From positions 4,064,001-4,128,000 of the forward strand of contig OZ244744.1 in the NCBI GenBank assembly GCA_965219455.1: DNA of 64,000 nucleotides, written 5' to 3'. This document shows, piece after piece, positions 39,408 to 48,918 of this stretch. Position 1 is the stretch's first letter, and each line of letters begins with the position of its first letter. Below the pieces are notes generated by a model. The model was not told where the DNA came from. It worked only from the letters and a program-made list of their open reading frames with translations, and searched no databases. Both the position numbers and the translations under genes were made by a program. The stretch is from Candidatus Latescibacterota bacterium. GTDB taxonomy: Bacteria > Latescibacterota > UBA2968 > GCA-2709665.

Positions 39408-42400
39408 TTGAATCGAACCATCGGAAAGCACGTGACACCTGTCATATTTCAACTCCTGGTATTAGTTCTTGCTTTCCGTTCCGCTACGGCCCAACCCGCC
39501 TACTCACCCGGACAAATTCTCGTCAAGTTCAAAACAGTGGCGGCCAAAACCGCTACCGGAGACCTGGCAAGCCTGCATGCACGATTTGGTGCGGGCACCC
39601 CCGAACCCGTGTTTCCGCGGGGTGCGGTTCTGTCCAAACGGGCGCGCGGATTCGAGCAGGTTTACCGCCTCGGTCTGGACCCCGACGTAAATCCGGCGGA
39701 AGCCGCCGCCGCATATTCCGAGCACCCGGACGTCGTCTATGCCCAGCCCATCCACCTCTTTTTCCATCACGACGCGCCGGACGACCCCCGCCTGCCCGAG
39801 CAGTACGGCCTGGAGCAGATCAGATGGCAGGCCTTGCGCGACGGGCTCCCGCCGGGTAAGCAGAACGTCGTCATCGCCATCATCGATTCCGGCGTGGACT
39901 ATACCCACGAAGACCTCGCCGGCAATATCTGGAGTAACCAGGTCGAAGCAACGGGCCGTCCAGGCGTTGACGACGACAACAACGGGTACGTGGACGACAT
40001 TCGCGGCTGGGACTTCACTCACACCCCGACACTTCCGGCAAAAGGCGACTACCTTGCCCCCGATAACGATCCGATGGACGAATCCAGCCATGGCACGCGT
40101 GTTGCGGGCATTGCCGCGGCTGTGACAAATAATGGCGTGGGCATCGCCGGCGTTGCGCCGGACGCCAGGATGATGGCCTTACGCGCCGGGGTTACCCTGC
40201 AATCCGATCTCACCTTTCTTGAGGAAGACGACCTGGCGGCGGCCATTCTCTATGCCGTGGAAAACGGAGCACATATCATCAATATGAGTTGGGGTGGACC
40301 GGAAAGTGCGTTCCTTATCCACGACGCGGTGCGCTATGCGGCTGCGAGTGGGCTTGTCCTCGTCAGTTCCGCTGGAAATAGCGGTGAATTCGGTCTGTCC
40401 TACCCCGCAGCCATGGACGAAACCATTGCCGTGGGGGCCACGGCGCCCCAGGACCGAATTGCCGGTTTCAGCAGCAGGGGAGTCCCGCTGGACCTGGTCG
40501 CACCAGGTGCCGGCACACTCACAACGATGCCACGGGATGCATACCGGCACGCCTCCGGCACGTCCTTCGCGGCGCCCCATATTTCGGGCCTGGCCGCGCT
40601 TATTCTCTCCCGTCGTCCTGAACTCGCTGTCGAACAGGTTCGTTCGCTGCTCGCCGCGTCCGTGATCGACCTCGGACCGAAGGGTTGGGACAGCAGCGCC
40701 GGCGCCGGCCGTATCGATGCGGCGATTCTGCTCGAAAATCTCACACGATGGGCCAATCCCCCCGTCGTGCGCATTGACCATCCCCAGACGGACGGCAGCG
40801 CCAGGCAGAGCTTTGACATCGTCGCTCGGGCCGATGGTCCGGATGTTGCCACCTACGAACTTTCCTGGGGCCTGGGTGAAGATCCTCAAACCTGGATCCG
40901 CCTCTCCGGTGGAACGTCAAATCCGGTCATCCGGCGCACCTGGACACCAGGTACGCCGACCGACACAACCGCCATCCTGCGGCTGACGGCTCGACTGACC
41001 GGCGGCACAATCCTGGAAGATCGCGTTAGAATTGGCATCCGGCGTGCTTCACCGGTTATATCAAAGGCGTCTTTCGCGCCTATACTCATAGGAAACCGCC
41101 AGACTTACCAGGCCGTCTGGCACACCCGGCACCCCACGCGGGGCGCTCTGATCTACCGTTCGTCTGCGGCGACGCGAGAAGACAGCCTCTTTTCGGACAT
41201 TGTCTACACCCGTCACAGCGTCACCCTGCCCCCGGACATCGCACCGGGACCTCTGGTATACCGGATTATGGCGCGGGACGCCGCCGGTCAGGCCGCGTTC
41301 TCCGAACCGATGACATTTACGGTAAATCCGCTGCGTATCTCCGCCCGTGGTTTTGTCCAGGTCGACACGTTGCCCGACGGGTTTCTTGCCAACGCGCCCG
41401 CCGACTTCGACATGGACGGACGATTGGAAATCGTACTGATGCCCTACGTTAGCGGCCGTCCTTACAACATGAACCGGATCATGGAACGTGACGACAATGG
41501 AAGCTTCACAACCGTCTTCCAGACCACTGAGTCGTTCCTTCCCTGGTCTGTGGGTGATGCAAACAACGACGGCCGAACCGACCTTCTCGGCATCAACTTT
41601 CCCCGCACCAACATCGCGCGCCTCCGGCTCTTTGTCGGGACTCCCTTCCCTTCCGAAACCCTTCTGGACCTGGCTCAAGCCGAGGGCGGGGAAATCGCCG
41701 ATATCGACGGCGATGGCAGAAACGAGATCGTGGCCCGGTCGGCTCTTACGCCGGGCATTCGGATCCTGAAGAGTACGCGGGAGGGCGCTTTCGTGGAAAC
41801 CGCCATGCTCCCGAACCCGACCGAAGGCTTCAACTGGCCGGGTCCACGGTTTGTCATTGCGGATTTGAACGACAATGGCCGGAAAGAAATCCTCTCCGGC
41901 GACGACGACGGCGACCTCTGGATCTACGAAGCTCGGCAGGGCGGCGGCTTCGAGGAGATCTGGAAAATAGCAGGCAGTGACAGCACCAACACCCAATGGA
42001 TAGGCGGCGGGGCCGATATTGACAATGACGGCGACGTGGAATTCGTCGTCGCCCGTGCGGAGGAAGACCGCAACGACGCGCTCAACGGTCGCTGGACCCT
42101 CGAGATCTACAGCCGGGACGGCCGCTCCTCCTACGCTCTGGAGTGGTCGATTCGTGTCTCGGGCGTGATTTCAACGGGTAACGGCATAGCAACGGGCGAT
42201 GTGGACGGCAACGGCATACCCGACCTGGCCGTCTGTCTGCGGCCGGATCTCTACCTCATCCGTGCCACGGGGCCGAATTCCTACGAGCCTTTCTGGCACG
42301 AAACCGTTTCGGTCACGCACCGTCCTCTCATTGCGGATTTGGACAAAGACGGTTACGTCGAGCTTCTCTACAACCGGGACGGCGCCGTGCGTCTGATGGA

Positions 42401-43157
42401 ACGAACTGAACGTCCCATCGGTAGTAGCCTTCAGGTTCTTCGCGCCCACCCGTTGGGACCAGACAGCGCCCGGCTCACGTGGACGCATTTGGAAGGCGCT
42501 GCCACCTATCGCATCCTGCGCGGCATTGGCGGAGAAACGCCGACCCTCCTTATAGACAACCTGACAGCCAATACCCACACGGACACGGGCCTCACTGAAA
42601 ACCGGGTCTATCGTTACGTTGTGGCGGCCATTTTGACCGACGGCGATGAAATTCGCTCCGAGACGTACACCCTTCGCCCCAACAAGGCTCCGGAACTCGA
42701 CCGCGTCGAAGTCCTTCGGGAGAACAGCCTCTCACTGACATTCAATGAACCGATGTCAGCCGGGACGGCCGATCCTCACGGTTATACGGTAGCCCCCGTC
42801 CTCGGACGGCCGACGTCTGCGATTCTGGACCGGACGAGCCGACGATGCCTGTTGTCGTTTTCGAAACCCTTTGAAGCCGGTCGCGCCTACAGCCTTACCC
42901 TCTCCACGGCGGCGGACACGTCAGGCGTCCCCCTTGCGCCCGGACACACCAGCATCACTTTTGCAACCGGCGAGAGCGCTTTCACCGCCGCAGGCCGGGC
43001 GGATTTTGACAATAACGGCCGGGTCGACTTTCCGGACTTTCTGCTCTTTGCCCTCGCTTTCGGTTCCACCGATTCCCGGTTCGATCTGGACGACGATGGC
43101 AAAGTCGCTTTCTCGGACTTCTGGCGATTTGCCCTCTTGTTCGGCAGTGCGGCATAG
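39408..43157 (+). CDS. Secreted S8 subtilase with FG-GAP/VCBS repeats, FN3/Ig-like domains and a C-terminal dockerin-like EF-hand pair
   Basis: Signal peptide; triad IIDSG / HGTRVAG / GTSFAAP; repeats DxDGDG, DLNDNG; C-terminal DFDNNGRVDFPDF...DLDDDGKVAFSDF. Confidence 0.9.
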   Translation: MNRTIGKHVTPVIFQLLVLVLAFRSATAQPAYSPGQILVKFKTVAAKTATGDLASLHARFGAGTPEPVFPRGAVLSKRARGFEQVYRLGLDPDVNPAEAAAAYSEHPDVVYAQPIHLFFHHDAPDDPRLPEQYGLEQIRWQALRDGLPPGKQNVVIAIIDSGVDYTHEDLAGNIWSNQVEATGRPGVDDDNNGYVDDIRGWDFTHTPTLPAKGDYLAPDNDPMDESSHGTRVAGIAAAVTNNGVGIAGVAPDARMMALRAGVTLQSDLTFLEEDDLAAAILYAVENGAHIINMSWGGPESAFLIHDAVRYAAASGLVLVSSAGNSGEFGLSYPAAMDETIAVGATAPQDRIAGFSSRGVPLDLVAPGAGTLTTMPRDAYRHASGTSFAAPHISGLAALILSRRPELAVEQVRSLLAASVIDLGPKGWDSSAGAGRIDAAILLENLTRWANPPVVRIDHPQTDGSARQSFDIVARADGPDVATYELSWGLGEDPQTWIRLSGGTSNPVIRRTWTPGTPTDTTAILRLTARLTGGTILEDRVRIGIRRASPVISKASFAPILIGNRQTYQAVWHTRHPTRGALIYRSSAATREDSLFSDIVYTRHSVTLPPDIAPGPLVYRIMARDAAGQAAFSEPMTFTVNPLRISARGFVQVDTLPDGFLANAPADFDMDGRLEIVLMPYVSGRPYNMNRIMERDDNGSFTTVFQTTESFLPWSVGDANNDGRTDLLGINFPRTNIARLRLFVGTPFPSETLLDLAQAEGGEIADIDGDGRNEIVARSALTPGIRILKSTREGAFVETAMLPNPTEGFNWPGPRFVIADLNDNGRKEILSGDDDGDLWIYEARQGGGFEEIWKIAGSDSTNTQWIGGGADIDNDGDVEFVVARAEEDRNDALNGRWTLEIYSRDGRSSYALEWSIRVSGVISTGNGIATGDVDGNGIPDLAVCLRPDLYLIRATGPNSYEPFWHETVSVTHRPLIADLDKDGYVELLYNRDGAVRLMERTERPIGSSLQVLRAHPLGPDSARLTWTHLEGAATYRILRGIGGETPTLLIDNLTANTHTDTGLTENRVYRYVVAAILTDGDEIRSETYTLRPNKAPELDRVEVLRENSLSLTFNEPMSAGTADPHGYTVAPVLGRPTSAILDRTSRRCLLSFSKPFEAGRAYSLTLSTAADTSGVPLAPGHTSITFATGESAFTAAGRADFDNNGRVDFPDFLLFALAFGSTDSRFDLDDDGKVAFSDFWRFALLFGSAA

Positions 43158-43233
43158 GATGAAGGCGTAGCATTGAACGCCCTTGCCTTTCGCTGCCTCG
43201 CACCATTATCGGCTGTGTCGTCATTGAAATAAA

Positions 43234-43262
43234 GAAACGCCGTTCAATTCGAACGGCGTTTC
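43234..43262. terminator. Hairpin between convergent genes
   Basis: GAAACGCCGTTC-AATTC-GAACGGCGTTTC. Confidence 0.65.
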
Positions 43263-43272
43263 CTGGATAATA

Positions 43273-44583
43273 TCAGTTCTTAACGCGTCGTCGCTCTATT
43301 CTTTGGAATGCCCAGACAAGGGCGAATCCGCCGAATAGCACACACTTTACCCATACCGCCTCCTCCCATATCCCTTCGCTCGCATATTTTATCAGGATCT
43401 GATACGAGATTGCGATAAGGCCGGTAAAGACGAGCCACGCCGGTTGTCTGTAAAATACCATGAAGGGTATAATCCAGATGGCATACCAGGGGTGCAATGT
43501 CGGTGTAAGCAACAGGAAGGCGCCAACGAGGAAAAACCCAGCCTGGATCGGCGGCATCCGGCTGAACGTGAACAGAATCACCGCCCCGGCAAATACAACA
43601 GCGATGACCGCGCGAGCCCAAAACGGACTTTCCAATAGATGGCTCAGGATGTAAAAAACAGGTGCGTTGAAGCTCCAGTGTTCGGCGTATACGAGCAACC
43701 CTGAAAACAGGTTTTCTCCCGCTTCGCGATATGGCAGGTATCCAACGGCCATTATCGCCGCGAAGATAACGACCGGCCAGACGGTTTGCGGCCTGAAGCC
43801 GGCCGGGAGCCGCCCTTCGGTTGTTCGGGCGGTTCTCCCGCAGATCCACCGCCAAAAGACCGGAACCAGGCAGATCGCAAAGAACTTGCCCAAACAGGAG
43901 AGGGCCAGCGCGGCGAACGCCCTCGCGTAACCCCCTACTTGAAGATACAGGAAAGCAAATACCATGAAGGCGACGCCCATCGCGTCTATATGGCCGTTGC
44001 CCGCCACCTCTACCAACAACAGGGGATGCCAGAGATAGATGAGCAGTTGTCCCGGATGCTGATCGTAAAGCCGGATCAAGCCCAGGAGAAACCACGCCGT
44101 TAGCAGATCGAAGAGGACCAGAGCCGTCTTTAGGGTCAAGATCGACGGATATACGAAATAACATATTCTGAAGAATATCTGAGCCAGCGGCGGATAAATG
44201 GTTGGTACATCGGGATGGTTTACCTGGGGGAAAACCGCATCGTCTCTCAGAAATGCGAGCTCCTCAGAAGCCGGTGGATACGCGTATGGGTTGATCCCCG
44301 CAGCCTGGACGCGCCCGTCCCAGAGGTACCGATACACGTCATCCGAAAGGCCGGGTGGGGAAAAGAGTAAAATGACCCGGAACAATACACCGAAAAGCAC
44401 GACAGTCTTGAGCGAGGCTGTCGTACATTGCCAGACAGCCGCCATGTAGAAAATCATCCACAGGCCGAACAGTACAAAAAAAAGCGGCACCTGGTACCGA
44501 AAATCGCCCAGTGCCAGCATGCCTATTGCACACAGTCCGATCAATATTCCGAATATCCAAAACCTGTTCTGCCTTTCCTCCAT
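43273..44583 (-). CDS. GT-C fold membrane glycosyltransferase (GT87/DUF2029-like)
   Basis: LSDDVYRYLWDG, INPY, TIYPPLAQ, GHID, HPWY; many TM helices. Confidence 0.85.
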   Translation of the reverse strand: MEERQNRFWIFGILIGLCAIGMLALGDFRYQVPLFFVLFGLWMIFYMAAVWQCTTASLKTVVLFGVLFRVILLFSPPGLSDDVYRYLWDGRVQAAGINPYAYPPASEELAFLRDDAVFPQVNHPDVPTIYPPLAQIFFRICYFVYPSILTLKTALVLFDLLTAWFLLGLIRLYDQHPGQLLIYLWHPLLLVEVAGNGHIDAMGVAFMVFAFLYLQVGGYARAFAALALSCLGKFFAICLVPVFWRWICGRTARTTEGRLPAGFRPQTVWPVVIFAAIMAVGYLPYREAGENLFSGLLVYAEHWSFNAPVFYILSHLLESPFWARAVIAVVFAGAVILFTFSRMPPIQAGFFLVGAFLLLTPTLHPWYAIWIIPFMVFYRQPAWLVFTGLIAISYQILIKYASEGIWEEAVWVKCVLFGGFALVWAFQRIERRRVKN

Positions 44584-44615
44584 ACCTGCACCCCCCTTTT
44601 ACGGGCGTGCTCCTT

Positions 44616-44680
44616 GTGTTCTGTCCCGGAAATATATGTCACCATTCTCCCGCCGTTCCATCCTCTCTCGCTGCGTTGTT
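44616..44680. repeat. Family A repeat, partial copy 3 (reverse orientation)
   Basis: Reverse complement reads AACAACGCAGCGAGAGAGGATGG...GAATGGTGACATATATTTCCGGGACAGAACAC. Confidence 0.7.
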
Positions 44681-44793
44681 AAAAGGCGGTGAGACGGAAG
44701 AGGTAAGCCGTGTTAGTTACTTTCCCGTATCACTCGTCCGTAAAAGGACACTCGTTGTGCGAAACGAGAAGCGAATTGCGCAGCGGAGCGCTA

Positions 44794-44990
44794 GACCTAC
44801 CCCCTAACCCCCTTCCTGAAGGAAGGGGGAACTGTCGTCGGTTGAATGCAGATTGATCGATGAATAAATCCAGGCGTCATATTGTGATCGCGCGACACCC
44901 GGTTCTGCTCCCCCTCTCCCCCCGGGAGAGGGGGTTGGGGGGTGAGGTCCTCCCCCTTTCCTTTAGGAGAGGGGGCCGGGGGGAGAGGTC
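44794..44990. repeat. Three C-tract/G-tract palindromic units, REP-like
   Basis: Units at 44794-44830, 44908-44947 and 44951-44990 (CCCCCT(C/T)(T)CC...GG(A)(G)AGGGGG); the first and last are mutually inverted. Confidence 0.7.
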
Positions 44991-45027
44991 ACGGCGCTGA
45001 TATCAACTGATTGGGTTTTTGATTCAA

Positions 45028-45052
45028 GCTGACGGCTGAGGGCTGATAGCTG
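45028..45052. repeat. Heptamer tandem repeat
   Basis: GCTGACG GCTGAGG GCTGATA GCTG. Confidence 0.55.
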
Positions 45053-45106
45053 TTTTTGCTGCTTCTGGTCGGCCGAATTTCGGCAATCTATTTTTGGGGC
45101 AGAACA

Positions 45107-45610
45107 CTAACGCCGGACAGAAACAATCCTTGCCCGGCGCCGCGTTACCTCATCCGGGACGAGATCGCGGATCGTATTTCGACTATCCCGGTCCATTGTC
45201 CAGTAATCCTCGATCAGATAACGCCTGCCGTTCTCGTCCGTTACCGTGATCGACGGCGGTTCCGAACCATCCAGCGCCTCACGGTCCTGCGTTCGGAACA
45301 CCAATTCTCCATCTACCGAAACAACGGTCCATACACCGCCCGTTCCACGAGGTGTCATCGAGAGAATTTCCCGAATCCGGGGAATAAAGTACGCGTCCTT
45401 CAACGCGTCATCCAGTACTTCCTGGGAGCTCCTGTCCAGTGTGCCGGGATCGTCAATCAGGCAAATCTCATGGCCGTCTTCTCCCAATAGCCCCACGAAG
45501 TGGTCAGGGTTGCTTCTGGGGAACGCCTTGGCGACGCGGGCCACCGTGTGTACATTTTCTCCAATCTCGGCCCTTATTCCGTTTTTGCACCGCACCAACC
45601 GAATTTTCAT
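45107..45610 (-). CDS. DUF1854-like protein
   Basis: AFP.SNPD.FVGL....G.EI, YFIPRI.EI, VTDENG.RY.I. Confidence 0.75.
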   Translation of the reverse strand: MKIRLVRCKNGIRAEIGENVHTVARVAKAFPRSNPDHFVGLLGEDGHEICLIDDPGTLDRSSQEVLDDALKDAYFIPRIREILSMTPRGTGGVWTVVSVDGELVFRTQDREALDGSEPPSITVTDENGRRYLIEDYWTMDRDSRNTIRDLVPDEVTRRRARIVSVRR

Positions 45611-45727
45611 CGAGGTTCTTCCCACGGGTCCCGTCGGAAGTGGTAATGGTTCCCCCAGATCCCCGTATCGTTTACTTTCCCTTACCAGCCTTTTCTCACC
45701 CCGTGTACAGCAACCCGCACCCACCGC

Positions 45728-46624
45728 TTAACGTGCGGTGCGGCGGTTCGGGTCCCGCCGGAGCACAATCTCTCCGCACTTAAAAGCGCGTACCGTTCCG
45801 GTAGATTCCGAAACCGCCACCGCGATGGCGTTGGTGTTTTTGGTTATCGCCGCTGCCGCAACGTGCCGTGCACCCAACCCCTTGGGTAGGGTTAGACCTC
45901 TCACGTAGGAAGTGATATAACGACAACCTGAGCGTATAACGCCGTCCTCCTGGACGATGAAGGCGCCGTCCATCAAGGCAACCTCCTTCACGCCTTCCCG
46001 GTTGTCGGGGTCGCAGATATTCCGCTCCCGTTTTGAATACCCGCGGAACGGATCATACGTCATTACGCGGGAATTAGCCAGGACGCGGTCCGAATCACCA
46101 AGGACGAAGAGGGTGCCAACCTGTTCTCCTTCGCGGCCCTCCCGTCCGATGTCGAGGGCGATATCCAGCACCGATTTGACAACTTCAATGGGCAGATCGC
46201 CGGCCAGCATCGCCAGACTTTCCGGATCGAAATCCTCGAACTCCCAGCGGGTGTCCACAGTCATCAGCGTATCCACGCCGCCGTGTCCCATGACATTAGT
46301 AAGGCAGATCAGCCGGCTGCCCTTTTTAATGTGGCCGCCCTCCATGCCCAGCGCAATGCCCTGTCGTACCCGTTCGAAATAGGATACGTCGTCAAGGTCA
46401 AAATCGAACCTCAACCTGCGGATGCCCACGCCGTCGATGCCTTGAAGAAACCGATTGTGTCGGGTGACCAGCAGCACCGGACAGACCTCATTCAGGGTTT
46501 GCACTGCGGTCCGGTTCACGCCGGAATCCGCCAAGAGCAACACGAGATCGGCTCCAATCTCGCCGGAGAGTCTCGCGGCGGTTTTCAACAACGCGTGGGC
46601 TCGAGCCCGTTCTTCTCTTGCCAT
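45728..46624 (-). CDS. Diadenylate cyclase, DacZ-like (N-terminal alpha/beta domain plus DisA_N)
   Basis: EGREGEQVGTLFVLGD, DGAF, GLGARHVAAAAIT, VSES.G; no TM segments. Confidence 0.85.
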   Translation of the reverse strand: MAREERARAHALLKTAARLSGEIGADLVLLLADSGVNRTAVQTLNEVCPVLLVTRHNRFLQGIDGVGIRRLRFDFDLDDVSYFERVRQGIALGMEGGHIKKGSRLICLTNVMGHGGVDTLMTVDTRWEFEDFDPESLAMLAGDLPIEVVKSVLDIALDIGREGREGEQVGTLFVLGDSDRVLANSRVMTYDPFRGYSKRERNICDPDNREGVKEVALMDGAFIVQEDGVIRSGCRYITSYVRGLTLPKGLGARHVAAAAITKNTNAIAVAVSESTGTVRAFKCGEIVLRRDPNRRTAR

Positions 46625-46742
46625 CGGATGTCCATCTCCCGTCGAGGATAAAAAGAGGGGGAGAGGTATTGGAAAGATCGCCGAACTGATCGGAAACAGC
46701 CCTATTTCTGACCAGTGTTTGCAGGGCAGCCGGGTGTGGGTA

Positions 46743-47381
46743 CTATCGTCGGGACCTAAATCTGCGTTTTCTTCCGTACGTCACTGGTCCCTCGCTTTGT
46801 TCCTTCGTCACGCCGCCATCCGACCTCGCTCCCGGTGTCTCTTCGATGGAGAGGAATTCAGGCGGAATCTCACGTGCCAGGATCGTGGGTCCACAGTCGA
46901 AAAACTGGATACCGTCCGCGGCCGCCCGGCCCGCCTCCACCCGTATCACAGCCCCGGGCTCCTGCCTGTGTCCTGCCAACCTTCGCGCGACGGCCGCTTC
47001 GAACGAGAGGTGTACATACTGCCTGTCTACGGGCTTCAAGCCCGATCTCAGAATTTCTTGCACTTCCGATACACTTGAACCCTTGTAGAGGTGTTCAGGA
47101 GGTTCCATGTGATCGGCTCCAAGTTCCATGGAAAAGCTATGCCCGTAGCGCGCTCGAATTCGCCCTTCGACAATCTCAAACCGTTTCTTCTCGGCTTTGT
47201 AAACCAGTGCTTCCACATCTCCGGATTCGATATCTGCATCCTGTTTCTTCAATGCAGATAACACCGCGTCGAAATCCGCATAGCCGTATCTGTCGACCTC
47301 AACGCCAAACTCTTCCGGCCGATGCCGAAGCATTAGGGTCAGCAGCTTGGATACCCTTACGGGAGATCGGTTACCTTCCAT
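46743..47381 (-). CDS. kptA: RNA 2'-phosphotransferase (Tpt1/KptA)
   Basis: LRH.P, KKRFE, IRARYGHS, RQYVHLS. Confidence 0.88.
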   Translation of the reverse strand: MEGNRSPVRVSKLLTLMLRHRPEEFGVEVDRYGYADFDAVLSALKKQDADIESGDVEALVYKAEKKRFEIVEGRIRARYGHSFSMELGADHMEPPEHLYKGSSVSEVQEILRSGLKPVDRQYVHLSFEAAVARRLAGHRQEPGAVIRVEAGRAAADGIQFFDCGPTILAREIPPEFLSIEETPGARSDGGVTKEQSEGPVTYGRKRRFRSRR

Positions 47382-47491
47382 ATCTATTCCTCGGAAAGAC
47401 ATTTCGATTGATTCGACCCGTTATCGTTGCCGGTCGCCGCCGGGAAGGCCGGCCGCTTGCCTGCCCGATACGGCTTACTGCGTGCGTTGCG

Positions 47492-48874
47492 TTAGAATGG
47501 ATCGCCCGGTGTGTAACTTGCAAATCGTAAAGTCTCGGGCAAAAACGTTAGAAACACGCTGCCCGTCGGGCCGTTGCGATGCTTGCCGATGATGATCTCA
47601 GCCTTCCCCGGCGCAATTGGCTGGTCCTCGTCGTCTACTATGCCGTACACCCCCGGCCGATAGAGAAACGCGACCACGTCCGCGTCCTGCTCGATGCTGC
47701 CGCTTTCGCGCAAATCGGAAAGCTGCGGCCGTTTGTCCGTCCTGGACTCAACGGCGCGCGACAACTGCGCACAGGCGACCACGGGCAGATCCAGCTCTTT
47801 GGCCAAAGCTTTGAGCGAGCGAGAAATGTGTGCGATTTCCTGTTCCCGGTTGTCTGTTCGCTGCGAGGTGGTCATCAGTTGGAGATAATCAACCACGATA
47901 AGGCCGATGTCGTGCTCCAACTTTACGCGCCGGGCCTTGGCCCGCAATTCCAGAATGGAGATGTCAGGTGTGTCGTCAATGAAAATAGGCAAGTCTGATA
48001 GCTTTTCAGCCTGTGCGGCCAGCCTTTGCCACTCATCGCCTGATAGTTTCCTATTACGCAATTCGTGTGAAGGCACGCTGGCTTCGGCGCAAAGCATCCG
48101 TAATGCCAACTGCTGCATACTCATTTCAAGGGAGAAATAGAGCACCGGCGTTTTTTTCTCCTCGTCGACAGCGGCATTGCGAGCCATGCAGAGCGTCAAC
48201 GCAGTCTTGCCCATCGACGGACGTGAGGCAATGATAATCAAGTCCGATGGCTGCAGCCCGGCGGTTATTTTGTTGAGATCGGGATACCCCGTGGTAACGC
48301 CCAACAAGGCGCCGGCCTCCCTTTGGGCTTTTTCGATCAGATCAAGTGTCTCGTGCAGTTTGGACTTGAGCGACACCACGCCCTGTCCGAGTTCGCCCTC
48401 GGCGATCCGGAATACCCGTTGCTCCGCACGGTCTATCACTTCCTTAACATCTTCCGCGTCGTCAAAGCACTCAGTCATCGTCTGTGTGGAAGCGTCGATC
48501 AACCTGCGGCGCTGGGCGCGCTCGAGCACGATTCTGGCATGGTATTCCGCGTTCGCGCTGGTCGCCATTTCGCCGCCCAGCCCGGCAACATAGGCATATC
48601 CGCCCACGTCTTCAAATTGCCCGCGGCGCTTCAACTCCTCTACGACCGTCACCTCGTCCACCGGCAGCCCGCGTTCGGATAACGCCAGGACGGCCGCATA
48701 GACCCTGCGGTTTGCAGTATGGTAGAAAGCCGTCTCGTCGCCCAGGACCTCAATTACCCGACTGACGGCCGTGTTGTCAATGAACATGGCGCCCAGAACT
48801 GCCCGTTCGACCTCCAGCGCCTGGGGCTGCGGACGATCTGCGGATGTCGGTGCCGTCGTTGGTTGGGAAGCCAT
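47492..48874 (-). CDS. dnaB: Replicative DNA helicase
   Basis: ASRPSMGKT, FSLEMS, VDYLQLM, QLSR, DLRESGSIEQDAD, KHRNGP. Confidence 0.98.
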   Translation of the reverse strand: MASQPTTAPTSADRPQPQALEVERAVLGAMFIDNTAVSRVIEVLGDETAFYHTANRRVYAAVLALSERGLPVDEVTVVEELKRRGQFEDVGGYAYVAGLGGEMATSANAEYHARIVLERAQRRRLIDASTQTMTECFDDAEDVKEVIDRAEQRVFRIAEGELGQGVVSLKSKLHETLDLIEKAQREAGALLGVTTGYPDLNKITAGLQPSDLIIIASRPSMGKTALTLCMARNAAVDEEKKTPVLYFSLEMSMQQLALRMLCAEASVPSHELRNRKLSGDEWQRLAAQAEKLSDLPIFIDDTPDISILELRAKARRVKLEHDIGLIVVDYLQLMTTSQRTDNREQEIAHISRSLKALAKELDLPVVACAQLSRAVESRTDKRPQLSDLRESGSIEQDADVVAFLYRPGVYGIVDDEDQPIAPGKAEIIIGKHRNGPTGSVFLTFLPETLRFASYTPGDPF

Positions 48875-48918
48875 AGGGTTACACAATCAAATTGGACCCG
48901 GCGTTCTGTCCCGGGGAT

